64,000 nucleotides of DNA from an uncultured Candidatus Saccharibacteria bacterium (GTDB lineage: Bacteria > Patescibacteriota > Minisyncoccia > Phycocordibacterales > JACOZG01). Shown piece after piece: positions 9,815-17,732 of this stretch. Each line of letters begins with the position of its first letter. Position 1 is the first letter of the stretch. Below the pieces are notes generated by a model. It did not search any database, was not told the DNA's origin, and saw only the letters and a list, made by a program, of their open reading frames with translations. The stretch spans positions 530,230 to 594,229 of the forward strand of contig OZ246403.1 of assembly GCA_965230925.1 (NCBI GenBank). The letters are read 5' to 3'. The translations under genes and the position numbers were made by a program.

Positions 9815-10909
9815 ATGAAAAAATTAATCTGGATCGTCATTATCTTAATAATCCTTGGGGCGATTTGGTTTGTGGTTGGTAAACAAGAACCAGTGACTTC
9901 TGGTGAATCCATTAAGCTTGGTGTTATTGTCGGTACGAGTGGTCAATACGCTCCAGCCGGGGAGGCTTATGTCAAAGGTTTTAATTTGGCTTTAGAGCAA
10001 TGGAATAATTCTTCCCAAACACCTAAATTTGAAGCTGTTTTCGAAGATGATGGATTTGAAGCCGTAAAGGGATTATCGGCCTACAAAAAATTACGCGAGG
10101 CCAACAAAGTGAATGGATACGCTATTCTTTCTTCCTTCACTATTGATGCAGTCTACGATCTGGTTCATCAAGAGGATAAGCCAGTAGCGTTGGGATTTGA
10201 ACAAAGTCGGCCAGCTGAGGCCGATAATATTTTTCAAGTTTTGCCAGCAGCTAAACCGGTTCAGGCTGGCTTGGGACAGAAAATGAAAGAGTTGGGATAC
10301 CAGAAGCCGGCTGCCGCGGTGAGCAATAATACGCCCGTTTATCAAAATTTTTATGACGGCTTTAGAGAGGGTTACGGATCAGAAGTGCAGAAATTTGAAA
10401 TTGGGAGTGATGTTGGAGGGATTCGATCCCAGGCTTTGGCTTTGTTAGCCGCTCGGCCTGATGTTATCGCTTTCTTTATGGCACCCAAAGAGGGTGCTTT
10501 GTTGGTGAAAGAGATTCTAAAAATTACAACCTCGGAGAATCGACCTGATTTTGCTTTTGACCAAAGTGTGCAGTCGGGATCAACCGATTACCAATCTATC
10601 CTTGCCGGCGAACTCACAAAAATTGATGGTAGTCTCGTCTCTATGTCGAGGAATGATCTGAGCGAAATGTTCAAAAGTGCATTCAAAGAGAAATATAGTA
10701 TGGATGTACCATTTGGTGCTGATATGGGCTATAACTCCTTTACGCTTCTCGCGTCAACCTATGATTCTGACCCGAACATTTGGATTAATAATATGAAAAT
10801 GGCTCGTATCGCAGGCTCGGATGGTGAGATTTATTTTGATGAAAATGGTCTCAGAGTACCAAACATATTTTTTGGTACCATAAAGAACGGTCAGGTTCTT
10901 ACTCAGTAA
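9815..10909 (+). CDS. ABC transporter substrate-binding protein, LivJ/LivK family, paralog 6
   Basis: MKKLIWIVIILIILGAIWF anchor and IKLGVIVGTSGQYAPAGE motif. Confidence 0.8.
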   Translation: MKKLIWIVIILIILGAIWFVVGKQEPVTSGESIKLGVIVGTSGQYAPAGEAYVKGFNLALEQWNNSSQTPKFEAVFEDDGFEAVKGLSAYKKLREANKVNGYAILSSFTIDAVYDLVHQEDKPVALGFEQSRPAEADNIFQVLPAAKPVQAGLGQKMKELGYQKPAAAVSNNTPVYQNFYDGFREGYGSEVQKFEIGSDVGGIRSQALALLAARPDVIAFFMAPKEGALLVKEILKITTSENRPDFAFDQSVQSGSTDYQSILAGELTKIDGSLVSMSRNDLSEMFKSAFKEKYSMDVPFGADMGYNSFTLLASTYDSDPNIWINNMKMARIAGSDGEIYFDENGLRVPNIFFGTIKNGQVLTQ

Positions 10910-10912
10910 TTT

Positions 10913-11644
10913 ATGCCCACGCTGCAGACAAAAAATGTGGTGAAGCGTTTTGACGGGGTCCATGCGGTGGATCATCTTTCGGTTGAGTTCCGGCCCGGGG
11001 AAATTACGGGGATCATCGGTCCCAATGGCTCGGGCAAGTCGACTTTGATTAATACTCTCACTGGGATGATCCCGCTCGATGGCGGTGTAGTGAAAATTGC
11101 CGATACCGGGCTTGAACGGATTGAGGCCTTCGACGTTATTAATTACGGCATTACCCGCACCTTCCAAGACGTGCGACTCTTTGAGCAAATGCCGGTGCTC
11201 GACAATGTTCTGGTGGTGCTCACCGAGCGGCAGGTTTTTGCCTCGCTCTTCGAGCGTCATAGGGCTTTCCACCTCGAGCAGGCCGAGGCGGTGCTCACTC
11301 GTGTGGGTCTCTGGGGTAAGCGCCATGAACTGGCCGCCAATCTCTCCTACGGCCAGCGCAAGCTCCTCGAGATCGCCCGAGCGCTTGCGATGAAGGCCGA
11401 GATTTACTTTTTCGACGAGCCCTTTGCCGGTCTCTTCCCCGAGATGGTGAAGACGGTGGTGGTGGTGCTCCAGGAGTTGCGCGCGGCGGGGAAAGCGATT
11501 ATTCTCGTAGAGCACAATATGGACTTGATCCGCGAGCTTTCCGATCGGGTGATCGTGATGGATAGCGGTAAGCTCCTCGCCGAGGGTGAGCCAGAAGCGG
11601 TGCTGAAGCGGCCGGAAGTAATAGAGGCTTATTTAGGAGAATAA
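10913..11644 (+). CDS. livG: branched-chain amino acid ABC transporter ATP-binding protein (LivG-like)
   Basis: Walker A GPNGSGKST, ABC signature LSYGQRKLLEIARAL, Walker B IYFFDEP, H-loop VEHNM, and a C-terminal ...IEAYLGE. Confidence 0.85.
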   Translation: MPTLQTKNVVKRFDGVHAVDHLSVEFRPGEITGIIGPNGSGKSTLINTLTGMIPLDGGVVKIADTGLERIEAFDVINYGITRTFQDVRLFEQMPVLDNVLVVLTERQVFASLFERHRAFHLEQAEAVLTRVGLWGKRHELAANLSYGQRKLLEIARALAMKAEIYFFDEPFAGLFPEMVKTVVVVLQELRAAGKAIILVEHNMDLIRELSDRVIVMDSGKLLAEGEPEAVLKRPEVIEAYLGE

Positions 11645-11653
11645 TTTTTTAAT

Positions 11654-12739
11654 ATGAACAAAATCATTGGTTGGATTGTTGCGGTCATTCTGGTCGGTAT
11701 TATTGCCTGGACATTTGTTGGCAAAGATCAGCCGGCGGCAAACGGCTTTAATCTAGGACTAATTAGTATTTTGAGCGGGGATTATGCCGTGGTGGGAGAA
11801 AATATTCGCAATGGTGTGATTTTAGCTAGTGAAGAATACAATCAGGCTCATCCAGATGCCCAAATTAAACTTGTTACAGAAGACGATGGATTTAATGGTG
11901 GTAAGGGTTTGAGTGCCTATCGGAAAATGACCACGGTCGACAACATTGATGCGTTGATTAATGTTTCTACACCAACTATTGATGCAATTTACGAAGCGGT
12001 GACGGCGACGAAGTTACCGGTGATCCAGCTCGGTGAACAAGGCCGTGAGCCGAGTGATGATAATGTGATTGGTATCTTTCCGAGTAGTATTGCTTCGGAA
12101 TATGACTACGGTGTTTATCTGAGGAATAAAGGGATCACCCAGATGGACTTAGTGTATACCAATATCGATGCCATGGTTCGTTTCGTCGATAGCTTCAAGA
12201 AGGGTTTCCAAGGCCAAACGACTGATTTCATCATTCAAGCTGACGAGAAGGATCTTCGAACCCATGCTCTCAAGGTGGCCGTGGCTAATCCGTCTACCCT
12301 CGGCTTGTTCATTGTTCCTCAGCAAGGGGCGCAGTTTATGAAGGAATTTTTGAAGGTGAAGAAAACTGATCCACAGCTTTTCTTTGATGCCAATTTCCAA
12401 TCCGGCTTTTCTGATTATGAGCGGATTCTCGGTGATCTCACGGTCTTAGACGGAACCTTGGTTGGTACCGTAGATTCAACGGTTGCGGATTCATTTAAAG
12501 AGGCGTACAAAAAGCGCTTTAATTCTGATGCCGGATTTTTGGCCGATATGGGGTATGACGCCTTCAACCTTCTCGTTGCTACGCGCAATGCCGATCAGGT
12601 GGCGTGGCTCAATAATCTTAAGAAGGCTAATTATAGCGGAGTGAGCGGCAATATTCAGTTTGATCCAGCCGGCAATCGCCAACCAAAAACGAAAGTGATG
12701 GTGGTGAAAAATGGAGTGATTAGTGATCTAGAGCAATAA
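11654..12739 (+). CDS. ABC transporter substrate-binding protein, LivJ/LivK family, paralog 7 (MNK subgroup)
   Basis: MNKIIGWIVAVILVGIIAW anchor. The product has a PBP type-I fold, 361 aa. Confidence 0.8.
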   Translation: MNKIIGWIVAVILVGIIAWTFVGKDQPAANGFNLGLISILSGDYAVVGENIRNGVILASEEYNQAHPDAQIKLVTEDDGFNGGKGLSAYRKMTTVDNIDALINVSTPTIDAIYEAVTATKLPVIQLGEQGREPSDDNVIGIFPSSIASEYDYGVYLRNKGITQMDLVYTNIDAMVRFVDSFKKGFQGQTTDFIIQADEKDLRTHALKVAVANPSTLGLFIVPQQGAQFMKEFLKVKKTDPQLFFDANFQSGFSDYERILGDLTVLDGTLVGTVDSTVADSFKEAYKKRFNSDAGFLADMGYDAFNLLVATRNADQVAWLNNLKKANYSGVSGNIQFDPAGNRQPKTKVMVVKNGVISDLEQ

Positions 12740-12745
12740 ATTAAT

Positions 12746-13756
12746 ATGAACAAAGTCATCAAGATTATTATCGCCATTATTGTTCTCGGATTCTTGGTCT
12801 GGGCCGTGGGAACAAAGTCGGAGCCAAATGAGCCCGGAGAAAACACCCCGATCAAGATTGGTGTTATCGCACCGCTGACTGGTCCGGTGGCGGATTATGG
12901 TGAAGAGGTGCGCAAGGGCGTAATGGCTGGCGCTCCGGCGAGTGGTGTGGAATTTGTGTTTGAAGATGATAAGTGTGATCCGAAAGAGGCGGTCTCAGCC
13001 TTTAAGAAGCTCGCTGAGTTCGATAAGATGCAGTTCATCATTGGTCCGGCTTGTGGCTCGTCGCAAGAGGCGATTGTGCCCTTGCTCGCCGGGAAGGAAA
13101 TAATGACGGTGGTGCCAGCTGCGGCCTCTTCAGCTCTCTATGCGCAAAGTGGCAATAACTTTTTCAACATCCAGTACTCGCTCCAAGATGAATCCAAGTT
13201 CGTGGCCGAGAAAATGACCGCGCTCGGTTATACCAAGGTGGCGCTCGTGAGTTACGCCAATGCTTTCTCCAAGGCCCATGCCGACAGTTTCCGCGAGCAC
13301 TTCGCTGGCACTATTGCCATTGATTCCGTGATCACTGACGAGAACACCAATCTCGCCACCGAGGTGACCAAGATTAAAGCGGCGCGAGTAGACGCGATTT
13401 ACTCACCCGACATTTCTTTTTTCTTCGCGAGTGGTCTCGCTAAACTCCGTGAGCAAGGAGTGATTGCGCCTGTCTTTTCTACCTATGTAGTGGAGTTGCC
13501 GGCTGTGCGCGAGGTGGTGGCCGATGTAATGTATTCTTACCCCGCCGAGATTGCCGATACCGAAGCAGCGGTTTTTGGTCTCTCCAAGCGCGCGGCGGAA
13601 TTACTTTCTCAAACGGTGCTTGAATGCGAGGGTGCTTACCAATGCGTGCACGACAAACTCACCTCCTCTGGCCCCTTCGACCAAAACGGCATCTACCGCC
13701 GCAGCATGCTTCTGAAGCAAATTAAGAACAGTGTGCCGACCGTTATTAATAGTTAA
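12746..13756 (+). CDS. ABC transporter substrate-binding protein, LivJ/LivK family, paralog 8
   Basis: MNKVIKIIIAIIVLGFLVW anchor and IKIGVIAPLTGPVADYGE motif. Shorter at 336 aa. Confidence 0.75.
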   Translation: MNKVIKIIIAIIVLGFLVWAVGTKSEPNEPGENTPIKIGVIAPLTGPVADYGEEVRKGVMAGAPASGVEFVFEDDKCDPKEAVSAFKKLAEFDKMQFIIGPACGSSQEAIVPLLAGKEIMTVVPAAASSALYAQSGNNFFNIQYSLQDESKFVAEKMTALGYTKVALVSYANAFSKAHADSFREHFAGTIAIDSVITDENTNLATEVTKIKAARVDAIYSPDISFFFASGLAKLREQGVIAPVFSTYVVELPAVREVVADVMYSYPAEIADTEAAVFGLSKRAAELLSQTVLECEGAYQCVHDKLTSSGPFDQNGIYRRSMLLKQIKNSVPTVINS

Positions 13757-13765
13757 CGTATTATC

Positions 13766-14824
13766 ATGAACAAAACAATTGGCATCGTTGTCGCCATCAT
13801 CATTATTTTACTTATCGTCTGGGGAGTGAAGTCGAATCAACCCGCAGCACCCGGAGAAAATACGCCAATCAAAATTGGTGCCGTTTTACCTCTCACTGGC
13901 GGTGCGGCGGCTCTGGGTGAGCCAATGAAAAACGGAATGGAATTAGCGCTCAAAGATAAAAGTAATATCATTGTTCAGTATGAAGACAGTAAGGGGATAC
14001 CTGCTGAGGGTGCTTCGGCCTATCATCGTCTCATTGCTGGTGGAGTGAATGCTGTGGTGTCGGCTTATAGCAACGTGAGTGTGCCGCTTACGAAGATTGC
14101 CGAACAAAATAAAGTTCCGCTTCTGATGTCGCTCGTGGCTGCTGACAATGTCACCAATGAATATTCTTATCGTTACTATGCCACGGCGCAAAGTTATGTC
14201 GCCCCGGCCTTCACTGATCCTGCTTCGCCACTCAAGGATGTGACAGATATCGCCGTGATTTATCGTAATGATGAATATGGTAACTCAGTCAAAGCGCGGA
14301 TCACCGAGATGGCAGCGCAACATAATAAAAAGATTCTTATTGCTGAGCCTTATCAGACCAACGAAACTGATTTCTCTACCCATCTCACCAAGATTAAAGC
14401 AGCGAAGCCACAAGCGCTTCTCTTTGTTGATGGAACTCCAGCAGAAGGGGTGGCGATTCTAAAGAAAATTGATGAGTTAAAGCTAAATCTCTTGGTGATG
14501 GAAACGTCGGCAATCTTCTCTGATCCGGCCGTGCAGAAGCAGGCTCCGTTGATGACTTTTTACACCGCAGCTTTCCGCTTCTCACTTCCCGAAGACAACA
14601 CTGAATTTAAAAAGTTATATATGGACACGTATGGCACTTCACCCAACTTCGGTGCGGCTTTTGGCTACGATATTGGGACATGGCTTGCCGATTGCGTTGG
14701 TCAGGGTTCTGATGTTCAGCAATGTTTGTCGCAAACAAACTCCGTCAACGGCTTAACGGGTGAAATTACCAATATCACTAATCACGAAATTAATCCGCCC
14801 ATGTTCTTGGTGAAAGTGAACTAG
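13766..14824 (+). CDS. ABC transporter substrate-binding protein, LivJ/LivK family, paralog 9
   Basis: MNKTIGIVVAIIIILLIVW anchor and IKIGAVLPLTGGAAALGE motif. Confidence 0.8.
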   Translation: MNKTIGIVVAIIIILLIVWGVKSNQPAAPGENTPIKIGAVLPLTGGAAALGEPMKNGMELALKDKSNIIVQYEDSKGIPAEGASAYHRLIAGGVNAVVSAYSNVSVPLTKIAEQNKVPLLMSLVAADNVTNEYSYRYYATAQSYVAPAFTDPASPLKDVTDIAVIYRNDEYGNSVKARITEMAAQHNKKILIAEPYQTNETDFSTHLTKIKAAKPQALLFVDGTPAEGVAILKKIDELKLNLLVMETSAIFSDPAVQKQAPLMTFYTAAFRFSLPEDNTEFKKLYMDTYGTSPNFGAAFGYDIGTWLADCVGQGSDVQQCLSQTNSVNGLTGEITNITNHEINPPMFLVKVN

Positions 14825-14843
14825 ATTGTGGTAGAGTAGAAGG

Positions 14844-15941
14844 ATGAACAAAACCGTCGGTTGGATTATCGCGATAATTGTTATTGTTGGCGCTTTCTGG
14901 TGGCTCAACCGAGGCCCGATTTCCGGGCCTTCAACGGATGGTCCAATCAAGATTGGCGCCCCGCTGATTTTATCAGGAGATTTTGCCAAGTATGGTGAAC
15001 GAGCCAGACGATCGATTGATTTGGCGGTAGAGAAATTTAACCAAGAACATCCGGAGATTAATGTGCAAGTGGTGTATGAAGATACTCATGCGGATCCCAA
15101 GCAGGCAGTTTCGGCCTATCGAAAATTAGTTGATCTCGATAGGGTTCAAGCTATTGTTGGTCCCTTGTTGCAAGTAGAAATGGCGGCGCTTTTGCCCCAG
15201 ATTCAGCAGGATAATATTCCCGTGTTTAGTATGGCGCCCGTCACCCGTGACTTGCGTGCTGACACTTCGAATCCTTTGGTGATCTGGCCTGACCCCACGC
15301 TGGAGGCGGGGCAAATTGCTGAATACGTTTTTAACCAAGGAGTGAAGACCGTCGCAATTCTTGGTACGCAAGATAGTTGGGAGAATGAAGTTTCTGGAGC
15401 TTTTGCGAGTAAATTTACCGCGCCCGGTGGTACTGTGACCGCCCAAGAAATTGTTTTACCCACTGCAAGTGATGTGCGTTTGGCGGTAACTAAGGTTGTT
15501 GGGACGAAGCCAGAAGCCGTTTTTCTCGGCACGTATTACAAGTTTTTCCCTTTCATTAAATCTTTAAACGAACAGGGTTACAAAGGCAAACTGTATAGTA
15601 TCGAGATTGATACCTATCTCGCTGAAGAAGCGGGGGCGCTCGCGAACGGTTTGCGTTTTATTTCTCCAGACTTTTATACTCCAGGTTTTACCGCCGAATA
15701 TCAAAATCGGTATAGCGAAGTGCCAAGTTTACCCGCTGGCCAATCCCACGACGCCGCTCAAATTCTGTTGTCGCTTATTGCTGAAGGAAAAACAGGGGAC
15801 GATCTCATAGATGCTATGGGAGCCTTGAAAGAATTTAACGGTGTGTCTGGTAAAATTATTTTCACTGATGATCACCGCGCCACCTTCCCGCTTTCAATTT
15901 TTGAGCTCCAAGATGGCCAGATTAAAAAATTAGAAAATTAA
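14844..15941 (+). CDS. ABC transporter substrate-binding protein, LivJ/LivK family, paralog 10
   Basis: MNKTVGWIIAIIVIVGAFWW anchor and IKIGAPLILSGDFAKYGE motif. Confidence 0.8.
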   Translation: MNKTVGWIIAIIVIVGAFWWLNRGPISGPSTDGPIKIGAPLILSGDFAKYGERARRSIDLAVEKFNQEHPEINVQVVYEDTHADPKQAVSAYRKLVDLDRVQAIVGPLLQVEMAALLPQIQQDNIPVFSMAPVTRDLRADTSNPLVIWPDPTLEAGQIAEYVFNQGVKTVAILGTQDSWENEVSGAFASKFTAPGGTVTAQEIVLPTASDVRLAVTKVVGTKPEAVFLGTYYKFFPFIKSLNEQGYKGKLYSIEIDTYLAEEAGALANGLRFISPDFYTPGFTAEYQNRYSEVPSLPAGQSHDAAQILLSLIAEGKTGDDLIDAMGALKEFNGVSGKIIFTDDHRATFPLSIFELQDGQIKKLEN

Positions 15942-16669
15942 TGCCCACGGAAACCCTTCTTGAGCTTAAGAATATTCATGTTCACTACGGCGGGGTGCGG
16001 GCGCTGGATGGTGCGAGTGTGAAGGTGGACGAAGGAGAAGTGGTGGCTTTGATGGGGCCGAACGGTGCGGGCAAGAGCACGGCCTTGAAGGCGATGTTTG
16101 GTCTCGCGCCGATTGATGAAGGCGAGGTGCGCTGGCATGGGGAGACCATTAAACCGGTGCCGCACGAGGTGGTGGCGCGCGGGATTGCCTTTGTACCTCA
16201 GGGCCGGCGAGTCTTCCGTCATCTCACCGTGCTCGAGAATTTAGAAATTGGCGGCTTCGTGGTGAAGAATAAGAAGTTGATCGCTGAGCGGATTACAGAA
16301 GTGCTGGATCTCTTGCCCGCCTTGAAGCCCAAGCTCAAAGCCAAGTCGGGAACCTTAAGTGGCGGTCAGCAACAGATGCTCGCTATCGCTCGCGGGCTCA
16401 TGGTGGACCCAAAGGTTTTATTGCTCGACGAACCATCTTTAGGTCTCGCGCCGAAGATTGTGAAAGAAGTTTTCGAAGTAATTAAAGAAATTGGCGAGAA
16501 GCGACGGATTGCGATCGTGATCGTGGAGCATAATCTTAAGACTCTGCTCGCCATCGCCACTCGCGCCTATGTGCTAGATAAAGGGCGGGTGGCCGCCGAG
16601 GGTAAACCCGCCGACCTCTTATCTGCCGGTATTTTGCAAAAAGTGTTCTTGGGAGAAGCGGTAAGCTAG
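15941..16669 (+). CDS. livF: branched-chain amino acid ABC transporter ATP-binding protein (LivF-like)
   Basis: TAATG overlap with SBP10. Walker A GPNGAGKST and signature LSGGQQQMLAIARGL. The segment GIAFVPQGRRVFRHLTVLENLEIGGF is typical of LivF. Confidence 0.85.
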   Translation: MPTETLLELKNIHVHYGGVRALDGASVKVDEGEVVALMGPNGAGKSTALKAMFGLAPIDEGEVRWHGETIKPVPHEVVARGIAFVPQGRRVFRHLTVLENLEIGGFVVKNKKLIAERITEVLDLLPALKPKLKAKSGTLSGGQQQMLAIARGLMVDPKVLLLDEPSLGLAPKIVKEVFEVIKEIGEKRRIAIVIVEHNLKTLLAIATRAYVLDKGRVAAEGKPADLLSAGILQKVFLGEAVS

Positions 16670-16676
16670 GTTTTTG

Positions 16677-16748
16677 TGCGCGCTCTTGGATTCGAACCAA
16701 GGACCGGTCGTGTATAAGACGACTGCTCTACCGCTGAGCTAAGCGCGC
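16677..16748 (-). tRNA. tRNA with anticodon UAU (putative tRNA-Ile reading AUA)
   Basis: The rc folds as a cloverleaf: GCGCGCT-TA-GCTC-AGCGGTA-GAGC-A-GTCGT-CTTATAC-ACGAC-CGGTC-CTTGG-TTCGAAT-CCAAG-AGCGCGC-A. All four stems are Watson-Crick. Anticodon loop CUUAUAC gives UAU. No encoded CCA. Confidence 0.7.
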
Positions 16749-16860
16749 AAGGGGGGTTGTCCACACCCGTAGAAATATAGCAGAATTTATGCTAATCTAA
16801 TACTTGCCAAAGGGAAGTGGTTTTTATGGCTAACTTTGGCCTTAATATTAGCTTAAATTC

Positions 16861-17664
16861 ATGAATAAATATTTTATTAGTGGCGCATTAGCGCTCACGT
16901 TAGTGTTGACCCCCGCGTTTGGCATCGCAGCTAAAGTTCACGCTGCGCAGACAGAGAAAAACAGTCGACCAAGTTTATGGTCAAGAATTTTGTCGCGGTT
17001 TAATGATCGACCGGCGCCAAAGGTGGTGAAGCCAATCGAGCCTGTAATTGTTCCGCCAGAGACGGTTCTTCCTATTCCCGAGCCGCAAGTTAATGTTCTC
17101 GCCATGGTTTCTAGTAACCCTCCTTCTGGAGCGGTAATTTCTGGTCAGCCCTGGAGCACAGATGGCGCTCTTTATGGTGGTTCTAAGATTCAAATTATTG
17201 AGGTAACGATGTCGAATACGGCGACCGCGATGGTGGCAGAGGACTTCGAAGTTACTTCACCTAACCCAGACACGCCGAGGGTGGTGAGCTTGATGCCAAG
17301 CGAGAAGAACAATACCGTAAAATTGGTGCTCCAATACCCACTTCCTCTTGGTGTTTGGACCACGATTACTCACAAGGCTAGCGGCAGTAAGATTGTGCTT
17401 GGGCGCTTGCCTGGCGATGTTAATCAAGACGGTGCTTTTACCCCCCACGATATCTTGAAGATGGTAGATTATCAGAACGGTGTGGCAGATTTGCCTCTCT
17501 ATGCCGTTGACATGGATAATAGTGAGGCCTTTACTCCTGCTGACTTCTTGCGGCTCATTGATTTAATCAATGGTGCTGACAAGCTTGATCCGGTGGGAGA
17601 AGCCCGATGGTTTGGCCGCTCACTTGGTCCGAACCCACTTACGAGCCAGCCAACAGCGAACTAA
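16861..17664 (+). CDS. secreted protein with C-terminal conserved module plus type-I dockerin-like repeats
   Basis: Signal peptide MNKYFISGALALTLVLTPAFGIAAKVHA. C-terminal GDVNQDGAFTPHDILKMVDY...DMDNSEAFTPADFLRLIDLINGAD resembles the dockerin double Ca-binding repeat. Confidence 0.6.
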   Translation: MNKYFISGALALTLVLTPAFGIAAKVHAAQTEKNSRPSLWSRILSRFNDRPAPKVVKPIEPVIVPPETVLPIPEPQVNVLAMVSSNPPSGAVISGQPWSTDGALYGGSKIQIIEVTMSNTATAMVAEDFEVTSPNPDTPRVVSLMPSEKNNTVKLVLQYPLPLGVWTTITHKASGSKIVLGRLPGDVNQDGAFTPHDILKMVDYQNGVADLPLYAVDMDNSEAFTPADFLRLIDLINGADKLDPVGEARWFGRSLGPNPLTSQPTAN

Positions 17665-17687
17665 TAAATTTATCCACTTTCCCAAAA

Positions 17688-17715
17688 AGACCTCTCAACG
17701 GAGAGGTCTTTTTGT
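17688..17715 (+). terminator. rho-independent terminator (agacctctc-aacg-gagaggtct + T-run)
   Basis: Perfect 9-bp stem, 4-nt loop, followed by ttttt. Confidence 0.6.
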
Positions 17716-17732
17716 GTTATGATGTCGAGCGT

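Noticed and set aside
10754-11515. 253-aa minus-strand ORF overlapping the SBP6 and livG genes
   Set aside because: It is a shadow ORF opposite well-supported ABC ATPase and substrate-binding protein coding sequence.
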